DNA of 64,000 bases from an uncultured Lentisphaerota bacterium (lineage in GTDB: Bacteria > Verrucomicrobiota > Kiritimatiellia > RFP12 > UBA1067): NCBI GenBank assembly GCA_900320225.1, contig ONRL01000001.1, forward strand, positions 1,325 to 65,324, read 5' to 3'. Below are positions 35,510-45,171 of this stretch, one piece after another. A program made the position numbers and the translations under genes. The notes below the pieces were generated by a model. That model saw nothing but the letters and a program-made list of their open reading frames with translations. It did not search any database and was not told the origin of the DNA. Each line of letters starts with the position of its first letter. The stretch's first letter is position 1.

Positions 35510-36013
35510 ATGAAGAAACTGATATTGGCGTGTGTCGTTGCCGTGGCCCTCTCGGGGTGCATGTTCATCGTCGCGGGCTGCCGTACGGTGTGCGTCGAGA
35601 ACGACAAGGAGAAAGGCTGGTCCGTGACCTGCCGCTCCAACATGATGAAGTCCGAGCTGGACAACATGAAGGCGTCCATAAATCCCGACGGGACTATCTC
35701 GTTCGAGATGGGAGGCCTCGCTTCTAGCCCGTCCGAGGAGTTCGCGAAGAGCCTGATGACGATGACATACATCGCGCGCCTTGCCGCTGCCATCGCGTCG
35801 CCAACTGCGGCCGGCGTCCCGCTCAACGAATCCGCCGCCGACCCACAGGCGATAGCTGCGATCCTTGCCGCCCAGGCCGCCGCAAAGGAAACGACGGTAA
35901 AGGCGAAGAGCGCGGCCGCCGTGAGCAAGATCGAAGCCAAGGCGAAGGCCGCGTGCCCGACCGGCACGTGCTCCGACGGAACATGTTCCGACTGCCAGGC
36001 GACGGCTAAGTAG
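35510..36013 (+). CDS. lipoprotein
   Basis: It has the lipobox VALSGC after MKKLILACVVA, an Ala-rich helical middle and a Cys-rich tail, CPTGTCSDGTCSDC. Confidence 0.55.
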   Translation: MKKLILACVVAVALSGCMFIVAGCRTVCVENDKEKGWSVTCRSNMMKSELDNMKASINPDGTISFEMGGLASSPSEEFAKSLMTMTYIARLAAAIASPTAAGVPLNESAADPQAIAAILAAQAAAKETTVKAKSAAAVSKIEAKAKAACPTGTCSDGTCSDCQATAK

Positions 36014-36040
36014 GGATCAGCACGACGGAAGGAGCGCCCC

Positions 36041-37066
36041 ATGACCATAAACGCCGACAATATCGCAGTCTGCCAGGAGGCTCTGTACCTTCTGCGGCAG
36101 GACGTGGGGCTTCCGTCCGTGGAGGCGGCGCCGACGGACACGTCGCTCGAATGGCAGAAGAGCAAGATCGCGTTCGACACGGCCGTCTCCGAGGTCTGGA
36201 ACGCGCACGACTGGAACGCCGAGCTGAAGCTGACGGGCGCAGACCTGACGGCGGCGCCCGCGAGCGTCGCGAAATGGACTCCCGCCATGCGCTCCGCGCT
36301 CGCCTACTGCGTGGCGTCGGAGCTGGCGATCCCGCTTGCGGGCCGCGTCCAGGACCTCCAGAACTGGCGCGCGCTCTACGCGGAGAAGCTGACGCGCGCC
36401 CGAGTCCTCTCGCTGGAGGCCGAGCGCAAGGCCGTCACGAACCAGACACACAACGACATTCTGGCTCTGCTCGTGCCGCACTTCGATCCGGCCGACGGTC
36501 ACCTGCCGCGCTCGATCAAGGTGCTGACAGACCGGGCCGACGCGCTCGCGGACTCCGCGCGCTACGCCGTCCTCGCCGACCACGCCTGGAACTTCGCCCG
36601 CGCAGAGGAGCGTGTCGCGTCGTGCGACGTCCCGCACGGCTGCGGGCCGTACCCGTTCGCGTCCGAGGTCCCGCCCTGCTGCGCTCACCTGGAGGCCGTG
36701 TTCACGCACGGCGGGAAGCTGGACGACTGGAAGGTGTACGAGGGCCGGATCATCGTCGCCCGCGAGCCGGTCGTCTCGATCGTCTTCACGCGCGACGACA
36801 AGCGGCCCGAGAAATGGCCGCCGCTCGTACGCCGCGCGTTCCTGTTCCGTCTCGCCGCAGACGTGGCGCAGACCGAGGTGCCGAAGCTCTTCGAGGTGCT
36901 GGAGGCGAAGGCGGCCGAAGCGCTCGTGGAGGCAAGGGCCCGAGACGCGCGCGAGTCGAACACGCCGCGCGACGCATGGGGACGCAACTACCACGTGGAC
37001 GCCATGCGCGGCATCCGTCCGGGCGGGCACCTCCCGCCGCACCGCCCTTTCCACGGCCTCATCTAG
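36041..37066 (+). CDS. head-tail adaptor / tail tubular protein A (T7 gp11-like)
   Basis: 341 aa, directly upstream of the nozzle gene. The N-terminal INADNIAVCQEALYLLRQD pattern is typical of podovirus adaptor proteins. Confidence 0.5.
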   Translation: MTINADNIAVCQEALYLLRQDVGLPSVEAAPTDTSLEWQKSKIAFDTAVSEVWNAHDWNAELKLTGADLTAAPASVAKWTPAMRSALAYCVASELAIPLAGRVQDLQNWRALYAEKLTRARVLSLEAERKAVTNQTHNDILALLVPHFDPADGHLPRSIKVLTDRADALADSARYAVLADHAWNFARAEERVASCDVPHGCGPYPFASEVPPCCAHLEAVFTHGGKLDDWKVYEGRIIVAREPVVSIVFTRDDKRPEKWPPLVRRAFLFRLAADVAQTEVPKLFEVLEAKAAEALVEARARDARESNTPRDAWGRNYHVDAMRGIRPGGHLPPHRPFHGLI

Positions 37067-37075
37067 GAGAACGCC

Positions 37076-40000
37076 ATGCCGCTTTGGAAGAACACGCAGC
37101 ACGCCTTCATCGCCGGGCAGCTCGACACGCATGTCATGGGCCGGCAGGACATGGACAAATATTCCCACGGCGCGACGCTCCTGAAGAACTTCCTCGTGAA
37201 GCGTCAGGGCTGCATTTCCAAGCGCAGGGGCACCGACCTCACGGCGGACCTCTCCGGACTTCTCGGAACGACCTACGACGGCACGCCCATCTCGCCGGAC
37301 AAGATGCGCCTCGTGCCCGTCACCAACGGCGACGACGGGCGATACGTCATCCTCTCCGGCGGCATCGGATTCGTCGCAGACCGTAGGGGAGTCATGCTCG
37401 ACAAGGGTGAATTCGCGCGTTCCATCGGCCCTTACGTGGCCGTCGACGCGGACGGGAAGGCCATCGTCTCCGCGCGCTCAGACTCGCGTGCGTCGAACGA
37501 GACTCCTGTGGACGTGATCCACGCGATCAGCGCGGGCAACTATTCTGTCGCGCGATACGGCAACACATACGATTCGAACGGCTACATGACGGCCAACGCG
37601 CTCCAGAACGCAATCGCCGCCGCGCAGGAGGGAGACACCATCCGCCTGCACGGCGACCTGCTGCTCGAGCAGAAGCGAACCGGCGAAAACACGCTCGCGC
37701 AGAACATCGTCACCGTGGACAAGTCCCTGACGATCGACCTGTACGGTTACAAGGTGACGGTGTACGGACGATACGCCCACATCGCCGTCACGTCGCCGGA
37801 CATCGACCTGACGATCACGTCCACTCGGCCCTGCGCCCGTTTCGTCACGCTCTCGGACGCAAACTCGTATTGGCTGAAGTTCACGCCGTACACGAGCGGT
37901 AACACGAAGTCCGGCACCCTGACGCTTGACGGAGACATCTCATGGCAGATGATGGGCGGCGGCTCCAACTTTGGCGGGATTTACGCGGACCACGCCGCCC
38001 ACGTGGTCGTGAACTCCGGGAGGTTCGAGTTCGACGACGTAAAGGGAGGATACGTGTTCGCGCTCAAAAACGGCGGCGACGTGACGATAAACGGCGGTAC
38101 GTTCAGGATCGGAAACTCCACCGTCACTGAGGACGACACGAAATACATCTTCTGGTGCGCGTCCGCCGGCGCCGTCACGGTCAACGGCGGGACGTTCGTC
38201 AACGAGAACACGAACTCTGGCTCGTCGTCCATCTTCTACGCCGCGACCGTCGCGATCTTCGGCGGAAGGTTCTCCGCGCAGTCGGCCGCGCAATATTCCA
38301 GTTCCGGAACGCTCCGCGTGTTCCGCGGGGAATTCGCGCACAACAACATCAACGGAACCGCCCTGGACGCGACGGGCTACTATCTCGGCTCGCGCCAGCC
38401 CGCGGCCACTACGATCGCTTTCGACGGCACCGACGTCACCGCGACGGCCAGCGCGTGGACCTTGTCTGATTCCGGGAACCTGACGATCTCGTGGCTCTCC
38501 ACACAGCATGTGTGGCGCCTGCTCGGCACGATGGCCGGAGGCGGGAACGTGAACGAGACAACGTCCGGCAATCCGGCCGACACCGAGGTCGTTTTCCCGG
38601 AGCACGGCGTGACTGCCACGCGGTCGTGGACGATCTCGGGGGACGGCTCGTGGGCGCTCACGTTCGACATCGCCACGACTTACTGGCGGCTCGTCGGAGC
38701 TGAGCCGAACGACACGCAGCCGAACGGGGCGGGTTACTACGGCGTCAGGATGATCGGCGAGAACGACTACGCTTACGCGCACACGACGGGATCCATCCCG
38801 TACCGCATCGCGATCCCGTACGCGGACGCGGACCTGGCCGACCTCTGCATCCGCCAGTCCGGCGACACTCTTTTCATCGCGCACCGCGACTACCCTCCTG
38901 CCAAAGTGTCGTTCGACGCCGACGGCCGCGCGACTTACGAGGAACTGCGATTCGACAACACTTCACTTCTGCCGCCGGTCGTCGACTCGGCGGAGATGGC
39001 CGGACAGGACCCGGTCGAAACCGAATGGCCGGACGAGTTCCCGCGGCTGAAGGAACAGAGCGACAGCAACGTGGACTGCGTGAACGTCGGCTCTGACGGA
39101 ACCGACGAATACTGGTACACCGCGGGGTGCCCGTCATGGCTCACCGAGAACCAGAAAAAGGAGCTCGTCGCGTTCAGGAAGGCCTGCGCCGCGCTCGGGA
39201 CGGTGACGGACGCGGGACACAGCGCCAACGTGGCTGACGGGAACGACGGATCTTGCAGCTACGCCTGCTCGTACACATGCACGTCTGTCAGCGTCGACCG
39301 TGCGATGGGCGTAAAAACGACAACCGTCTCCGTTAAGTCCTTCACCAAATCCGTGACGAAAGAGGAGACGACGGAATTCACGGACGGGCTTGCGACTGGT
39401 ACGTGCCAGCGGACGATCACCACGGACGGAAGCGCGGAGAACTCCGCGAGCGCGTCGTCCGTCCTCGTGTCTCGCACCGTCAGGTACGTCGCGACCTACG
39501 TCAAGGACGGCATGGAGTCGCGCCCGTCCGTTCCTGTCGCCGTGGACTACTTCATGCCATGGGCCAACAACGCCGTCGTGAACATCGTCGTGTCAAAGGG
39601 CGACAACGACGACGAGCCTGAATACTACAATGTCTACAAGGACAACGGGAACGGCTACGGACTGATCGGATCCGTGGGAGTAGAGGCGTCGTCCGGTGCG
39701 TTCTCCGCAACGGTTGACGAATATGCGACGAACATTCCGGACAACTCGGCGGACACGCTTTCGGCTCCCTGCCTCATGGACTACCTCGACGGCAGGGGCG
39801 TCGGACTGGAGACCGTGATGAGGAAGATCTGCTCGGGATCGAACGCGACATTCTCCACCTCGCCGGCCGGTGACGCCTGCCTCATCTGCCCGCCTTCGCG
39901 CCAGTCCGAAGGCATGACCATCAAATTCTCCAAGGGGACGAGGTTCAAGCGGATGCGCGTCTACCTCGACGGGCGCATCTACGACAAGGTGACAGGCACG

Positions 40001-41728
40001 GCGTACCTCGTGCCGTCCGCGCCGGAGATCAAGCTTTACGTCACATACCGTAAGGCCGACGGAACGTCCGCGCCCATGGCGTTCGGATCCGGCGCCTACA
40101 TCCACAAGTCCGTGTCGATGAACTACGTCGCGCGTGGCGGCTACCTCGGCACCGTAGCACAAGGTGCTTACGGCGACTGGCTCCTCCTTCCGATGAGATC
40201 GACCACGCTCCCGAACGGAGACGCGCTGTACATGCGCCTTGTCGGCCCGGGACACAACACCGAATACATGAACGCGCATCCGCGCTACGTAGATTTCGAC
40301 ATTTCGTCCGGAATCTCTTCTGCCGATTCATTCTCCTGCATCGACTCCGTGACCATGAAGTTCGACGGCAGCCAGTATTTCGCGTGGTCCGGGAACCGCC
40401 AGACGGGCGTCGTGCGCGCCTTGAAGTTCTTCTCCTCGTCGTCCGGCGGGGTAGACGGCGGGAACATGCAGGACGACTACATCAACCCAGACATGACGGT
40501 CACGCCGCCAGTCATCGACGACCCACACTTCGCCGCCGCCGGCGAATATCCAGGTTGCGTGGGCATCTACGAACAACGGCTCGTCTTCGCTTCCACGCGC
40601 GGCGCGCCGTCCACAATCTGGATGAGCCGCATCGCCGACCTCTACAACTTCACGGCCCACGAGTCGATCCGGGAGGACGACGCGCTCGAGCTTACCCTGG
40701 CCGCGACGGAGTTCCCGAACATCAACCACCTCGTCATGGGCCGCGACCTGATGCTGTTCGGCGACGGCGGCGAATGGTTGATCGCGCCCGTCTCGGGGAA
40801 CGCCCTCACCTACAAGACCGCATCCGCGAAGCTCCAGAGCATGGTCGGCTCCGACCGCACCCTCCAGCCGCTCCAGCTCGCGGACGAGACGCTGTTCGCG
40901 GAGCGCGGCGGCACGTGCCTACGCTCGATCAACTACAACTACACCTCCGACAGCTACCAGTCGGAAGACCTCTCCGTGATCGCGCAGTCGATCTTCCGCG
41001 CGAACCCGATCGTCTCGATGGCCTACAAGCAGCATCCGGACTCCATCGTCGAGTGCGTGCTCGCGGACGGGCGCGTCGCGACGCTAGTCTACATGAAGGA
41101 GCAGGAAGTCGCCGCCTGGAGCGTGCAGGAGCTCGGCGGCGGGTGGAAGGCCAAGGAGATCGTCACGCCCAAGTGCATCATCGACGGCACCACCGAGATG
41201 ATGATGCTCGTCGAGAAGGACGGCGTGTACCAGCTCTGGAAGGTCCGAAACGACTCCGACGCGCCGACGGCCGCGAACCAGGTGATACTGGACGGCATGC
41301 ACATCGAGACGTCATCCGAGCCGACCGGGACGGAAGAAGTCGGCGTCGCGCTCGGTGACGGAACCTACGCGGTCGGCTGGCCAATCGTGTCCGAGATGGT
41401 CACGGTCCGGCCAGAACCAGAACGTGCCCAGACCATGCAGATGGAGATCAAGAACGCGACCGAATCGGAGATCCGAGTCATCGGCGCCAGCACGTTCAAG
41501 GTCAAGCCATACGCGATCGACACGGGCTGGCGCGACGTCTCGCTGCCGGTCGTCCGCGACGGATCCGCCGTGACGCTCGCGGAGAAGGACTGCAAGAAGC
41601 TCATGACCGGCACGAACAACCGCGACGGGCGCATCCACGTCCGCCACGCCGAGCCGTGGCCGCTCACGATCCTCTCCATCAGCAACACCTACCAGGTCGA
41701 GTACGAGAACGGAGGAAAGGAGCAGTGA
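37076..41728 (+). CDS. tail nozzle / tail tubular protein B (T7 gp12-like) with very large insertion
   Basis: The N-terminus FIAGQLDTHVMGRQDMDKYSHGATLLKNFLVKRQGCISKRRG and the C-terminal block YPGCVGIYEQRLVFASTRGAPSTIWMSRIADLYNF...LMLFGDGGEW are nozzle-like. In between are about 900 aa, including right-handed beta-helix-like repeats (VTINGGTF, VTVNGGTF, AIFGGRF). Confidence 0.55.
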   Translation: MPLWKNTQHAFIAGQLDTHVMGRQDMDKYSHGATLLKNFLVKRQGCISKRRGTDLTADLSGLLGTTYDGTPISPDKMRLVPVTNGDDGRYVILSGGIGFVADRRGVMLDKGEFARSIGPYVAVDADGKAIVSARSDSRASNETPVDVIHAISAGNYSVARYGNTYDSNGYMTANALQNAIAAAQEGDTIRLHGDLLLEQKRTGENTLAQNIVTVDKSLTIDLYGYKVTVYGRYAHIAVTSPDIDLTITSTRPCARFVTLSDANSYWLKFTPYTSGNTKSGTLTLDGDISWQMMGGGSNFGGIYADHAAHVVVNSGRFEFDDVKGGYVFALKNGGDVTINGGTFRIGNSTVTEDDTKYIFWCASAGAVTVNGGTFVNENTNSGSSSIFYAATVAIFGGRFSAQSAAQYSSSGTLRVFRGEFAHNNINGTALDATGYYLGSRQPAATTIAFDGTDVTATASAWTLSDSGNLTISWLSTQHVWRLLGTMAGGGNVNETTSGNPADTEVVFPEHGVTATRSWTISGDGSWALTFDIATTYWRLVGAEPNDTQPNGAGYYGVRMIGENDYAYAHTTGSIPYRIAIPYADADLADLCIRQSGDTLFIAHRDYPPAKVSFDADGRATYEELRFDNTSLLPPVVDSAEMAGQDPVETEWPDEFPRLKEQSDSNVDCVNVGSDGTDEYWYTAGCPSWLTENQKKELVAFRKACAALGTVTDAGHSANVADGNDGSCSYACSYTCTSVSVDRAMGVKTTTVSVKSFTKSVTKEETTEFTDGLATGTCQRTITTDGSAENSASASSVLVSRTVRYVATYVKDGMESRPSVPVAVDYFMPWANNAVVNIVVSKGDNDDEPEYYNVYKDNGNGYGLIGSVGVEASSGAFSATVDEYATNIPDNSADTLSAPCLMDYLDGRGVGLETVMRKICSGSNATFSTSPAGDACLICPPSRQSEGMTIKFSKGTRFKRMRVYLDGRIYDKVTGTAYLVPSAPEIKLYVTYRKADGTSAPMAFGSGAYIHKSVSMNYVARGGYLGTVAQGAYGDWLLLPMRSTTLPNGDALYMRLVGPGHNTEYMNAHPRYVDFDISSGISSADSFSCIDSVTMKFDGSQYFAWSGNRQTGVVRALKFFSSSSGGVDGGNMQDDYINPDMTVTPPVIDDPHFAAAGEYPGCVGIYEQRLVFASTRGAPSTIWMSRIADLYNFTAHESIREDDALELTLAATEFPNINHLVMGRDLMLFGDGGEWLIAPVSGNALTYKTASAKLQSMVGSDRTLQPLQLADETLFAERGGTCLRSINYNYTSDSYQSEDLSVIAQSIFRANPIVSMAYKQHPDSIVECVLADGRVATLVYMKEQEVAAWSVQELGGGWKAKEIVTPKCIIDGTTEMMMLVEKDGVYQLWKVRNDSDAPTAANQVILDGMHIETSSEPTGTEEVGVALGDGTYAVGWPIVSEMVTVRPEPERAQTMQMEIKNATESEIRVIGASTFKVKPYAIDTGWRDVSLPVVRDGSAVTLAEKDCKKLMTGTNNRDGRIHVRHAEPWPLTILSISNTYQVEYENGGKEQ

Positions 41729-42243
41729 AGCCGTCCGTGACATTCCCGGGAGGGTTCAACCTGGCACCGTCCACGCAGGAGGAGATCGACTACGTGGAGG
41801 CGAACTACCGCACGGGCGAACGCCGCGAGTGCGAGATCGAGAAGGCGACGCGCACGCTCGTCACGGACTTCGAGCAGTGCTGGACGGTCCGCGCCGATAA
41901 CGGCGACATCGTGGGCTTCTTCGGCGTGCTCGTGATGCCGAACGAGTCGTTCATGAGCCGGACGCGCGGGTTCTGCTTCATGTCCTGCGAGAACGCGAAC
42001 CGGCACAAGATCGCGTTCGTCAAGGCGTCGCGTCCGGCGTTCAAGTGGATGGTCGGCCAATGCCCGGAATGGGCCGACACGTTCCTCACCTGGCCGCTCG
42101 AGTCGTACGCCGCGAGCGTGCGCTGGCAGGAGAAGATTCTGAAGATGCGCCGCGTGGCGCGCGTACCCGCACCCGAGGACGGGGAACGGTACATCGTGAT
42201 GGAACTCACAAGACAGGAGGTGGAATCATGGGCATGGAACTAG
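41725..42243 (+). CDS. hypothetical protein (internal virion protein position)
   Basis: 172 aa with a GTGA-overlap start. It sits in the gp13-like slot after the nozzle gene. Confidence 0.4.
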   Translation: MKPSVTFPGGFNLAPSTQEEIDYVEANYRTGERRECEIEKATRTLVTDFEQCWTVRADNGDIVGFFGVLVMPNESFMSRTRGFCFMSCENANRHKIAFVKASRPAFKWMVGQCPEWADTFLTWPLESYAASVRWQEKILKMRRVARVPAPEDGERYIVMELTRQEVESWAWN

Positions 42244-43016
42244 GGGTCGCCGGTCTCGTCATGACCGCGATCGGCGCCGGCTACAACGCCTGGGCCGCGA
42301 ACCAGGCCGGCAAGGCGCAGGCGTCCGACATCAAGCGGCAGTCGCAGCTTCAGGCCGCGAACATCATGCGCGAGGCGAACGCCACGGCGGAGGCCCAGCG
42401 CGCGCAGGCCCGCCAGTTCGAGCGCACGAGCCTCATGGACATGATGGAGGCCGGGAACCAGAAGTTCCGCGCAGACGAGGAGTTGCGCCAGGGCGAGATC
42501 GCACAGGAGAAGGCAAACATCGAGCAGCTCAAAGGCGAGCGCGAGGCCGCGCGCCGGTCGCGGATGCTCGCGCAGGAGATCGGCGAGCAGTACGCGCAGT
42601 TCGCCGGAAACGGCTTCGCCGTGGACGCCGGGCCGCAGGACACGTTCGGCGCGATCATCCGCTCGTCCGCGACGGAGGGACAGGCTGACATCAGTACCAT
42701 CCTCGACAACGCCAGGATGAATCAGTGGACGTTCGAGGAGGAGAAACGCACCCAGCAGCGCAACGCCGCCAACTCGCTCCAGGGCGCGAACAATCTCGTC
42801 TTCAAGGCGCAGAGCGACCTGGCGAGCGGACAGGACGCGCGCCGGGCCGCCGCGCTCACCATGGCGAACGCGCAGTCCGCAGCCGCTGACACGATCGCTT
42901 ACGGCAGGGCCGCCGCGCGCGCGGCCCGCAAATCCGGACGGCGCGCCGCCTGGGGCGCCGGGCTCGGTGGTGCTGCGCAGACCGCCTGGGGCGCATACTC
43001 ACTGTGGGGTAAATAA
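42228..43016 (+). CDS. internal virion protein (N-terminal TM, coiled-coil)
   Basis: AGGAGG lies upstream of ATG 42228. It starts MGMELGVAGLVMTAIGAGYNAW (TM), then a Gln/Ala/Arg-rich coiled-coil, and ends in a Gly/Ala/Trp tail. Confidence 0.5.
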   Translation: MGMELGVAGLVMTAIGAGYNAWAANQAGKAQASDIKRQSQLQAANIMREANATAEAQRAQARQFERTSLMDMMEAGNQKFRADEELRQGEIAQEKANIEQLKGEREAARRSRMLAQEIGEQYAQFAGNGFAVDAGPQDTFGAIIRSSATEGQADISTILDNARMNQWTFEEEKRTQQRNAANSLQGANNLVFKAQSDLASGQDARRAAALTMANAQSAAADTIAYGRAAARAARKSGRRAAWGAGLGGAAQTAWGAYSLWGK

Positions 43017-43018
43017 CA

Positions 43019-45169
43019 ATGGGCGTCATCAACATCACGCAGCGGAGCGAACGGCTCGGCAACCTCGGCGGCACGTCCGCCGCGCACGGCGTCACCTCCA
43101 CCGACATCGGCACGGTGCACCACACCTCGGCGCGCACGTTCGCGCCGACCTACTACTCCCGCAACTACCAGGAGGGCAACCGCGCCATCGGACGCGGCCT
43201 CGGCGCCGTCGGCGACACCATGCTCCGCATCGGCCTCGCCATCCAGCAGCGCGAGGAGGACCGCCAGGTCGACGAGTACACCAGCGCCATGATGCGCACA
43301 ATGGAAACCGAGAGCCGAGACGAGCGCGACGTCACCGACTGGAACACGCCGCAGCGCCAACACCTCAAAGGCCAGAAGCGCGGCTACTATCTCCGCACCG
43401 GTAAGGGCACGATGAACGTCGCGCAAGAGTGGGACGACTGCTTCGGCGAACGGTTCAACCAGATCGGCGTCTCGATCGGCGCGAACGAGCGTGTACGCGA
43501 ACGGACGATGAAGAACCTCGCCGGCTACAGGCGTAGTTGCATCAGCCGCCTCATGGACCAACAGGCTTCCGAATATCGTCGCCTGGAGCTGGGCAACGCA
43601 ACGGGAACACTCCAGACGCAGATGGATCTCTTTGACAGCGGAAACGACGCCGCCATTCCCGAAATCTTCAAGCAATATGACCGCGTGTCGCAGCTGCAAC
43701 GCCTCACGCCCGAGCAGGCGAAGGCCGGCAAGGAAGAGCTCGCGCTCAAGCTCACCGCGTCCGTCGTGGGACGGCGGGTCACCGGCTGCCAGACGGCCGA
43801 AGGCTTCGACCTCGTGGAGGCCGACATCAAGGCCGGCATGAAAGGAAAACTTCCCGACGAGATCGCCGCCAACCTCCCCGGCGGCAAGCGCACCATCGGC
43901 GGCAAGATGAAAGACGCCCTTCTCACAGACGTCCGCCGCGCGCGGCAGTCGTTCGACATCCAGCGCGACCGCGAGGAACGCGAGCAGCTGTCCGAACTCG
44001 TCGCGTTTTCCGACAACGCCCTCGCGCATGGCGACATCAAGAGTCTCGAGGACGCGTATACGGACATGGACGCGCGCGCGAAGGAGGCGCCCAAGGGTTC
44101 GCGCATGGAGACCGTCGCGCTCCAGCAGGCAAAGCGTCTCGACATGGCTGCCGACGCCGAGGCACGTCGCCTCACCTGGGACCACATCATCGCCCACGCC
44201 GGCGAGAAGGACGCGCAGGAGCCGGCAGACAACACGCGCATGGCGAAGTTCTACGGGCCGCTGAAAGAAGCGTACGACCGGCAGGCGCAGGCGTACCTGG
44301 CAGAGGGCGCGCTCATGGCCGACGCGGCCGAGAAGGAGATGTTCAAGGCGAACGAGGCGCAGATCAGGGCTAAGATGATGGAGATGGGCGCGGCGTCGCC
44401 CGGACTTGTCGCCGGTCAACTCGCGGAAGTCGCCGCGAACGGCCACATCACCCTCGACCAGTACAACCGGCTGCGCAAGGAGTACGAGAACATCTGGTCG
44501 CAGAAGGGAATGCCCGACAAGGCCGCAGAGCTCGTGCGTATCCTGAAACAGGAATTCTTCTTCGGCAGCGACGACTACGATCCGCAGGCGACCATGGGCG
44601 TCAGCTCGAAGACCGGCAAGTTCGAGTACCTCGTCGATCCCGAAACGAGGAAGCCTTACCCCGGCCAGGACGCGGAATGGGAGTTCGAGGAGCGCGTGCC
44701 CGGAGAGGCACCGAGCCCGTGGCTGGCGGCCTTCGCGCCAGGCACGGCCTACGCCACTTCAAAGAATCGTTCCGTCTGGCGCAGCCGCACGCTCACGAGC
44801 GACGAGCAGCTGAAACTTCTCGACTGGGGACTGGAACTTGCGAAACACGACGGCGAAATGCTGTCCGTCCACCCGCTCACCAACGAGATCCTGGACAAGC
44901 CGTTCAAGCTGGACGCGGCCGCCGTCTTCCGCGACGCCTGCGCACAGCTGAGCGCAGCCAAGGACGCGGAAGCCGCGCAGGAACTTGTCGTACAGCGCGC
45001 AGACGCCATGTTGAGCATCAACTTCGGCGCGGCAAAGCGCGAGGGCCTGCTCGTCGACACCACGACATCCATCCAGAAAAAGCGAGCCGAAGAGAAGAGC
45101 GGCCTGAAGCAGATGAAACGCAGACCATTTACGCCGAAGATGCCGAACGTTGAACCGACGGAGGAGTGA
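43019..45169 (+). CDS. internal virion / ejection protein (gp15-like slot)
   Basis: 716 aa, highly charged and helical. The assignment is by position between the TM internal protein and the giant gene. Confidence 0.45.
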   Translation: MGVINITQRSERLGNLGGTSAAHGVTSTDIGTVHHTSARTFAPTYYSRNYQEGNRAIGRGLGAVGDTMLRIGLAIQQREEDRQVDEYTSAMMRTMETESRDERDVTDWNTPQRQHLKGQKRGYYLRTGKGTMNVAQEWDDCFGERFNQIGVSIGANERVRERTMKNLAGYRRSCISRLMDQQASEYRRLELGNATGTLQTQMDLFDSGNDAAIPEIFKQYDRVSQLQRLTPEQAKAGKEELALKLTASVVGRRVTGCQTAEGFDLVEADIKAGMKGKLPDEIAANLPGGKRTIGGKMKDALLTDVRRARQSFDIQRDREEREQLSELVAFSDNALAHGDIKSLEDAYTDMDARAKEAPKGSRMETVALQQAKRLDMAADAEARRLTWDHIIAHAGEKDAQEPADNTRMAKFYGPLKEAYDRQAQAYLAEGALMADAAEKEMFKANEAQIRAKMMEMGAASPGLVAGQLAEVAANGHITLDQYNRLRKEYENIWSQKGMPDKAAELVRILKQEFFFGSDDYDPQATMGVSSKTGKFEYLVDPETRKPYPGQDAEWEFEERVPGEAPSPWLAAFAPGTAYATSKNRSVWRSRTLTSDEQLKLLDWGLELAKHDGEMLSVHPLTNEILDKPFKLDAAAVFRDACAQLSAAKDAEAAQELVVQRADAMLSINFGAAKREGLLVDTTTSIQKKRAEEKSGLKQMKRRPFTPKMPNVEPTEE

Positions 45170-45171
45170 CG

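Noticed and set aside
30687-36013. Search for a diversity-generating retroelement (BPP-1-like) near the fibre genes
   Set aside because: No reverse transcriptase ORF was seen, and no template/variable repeat pair was seen near the tail fibre 3' ends.
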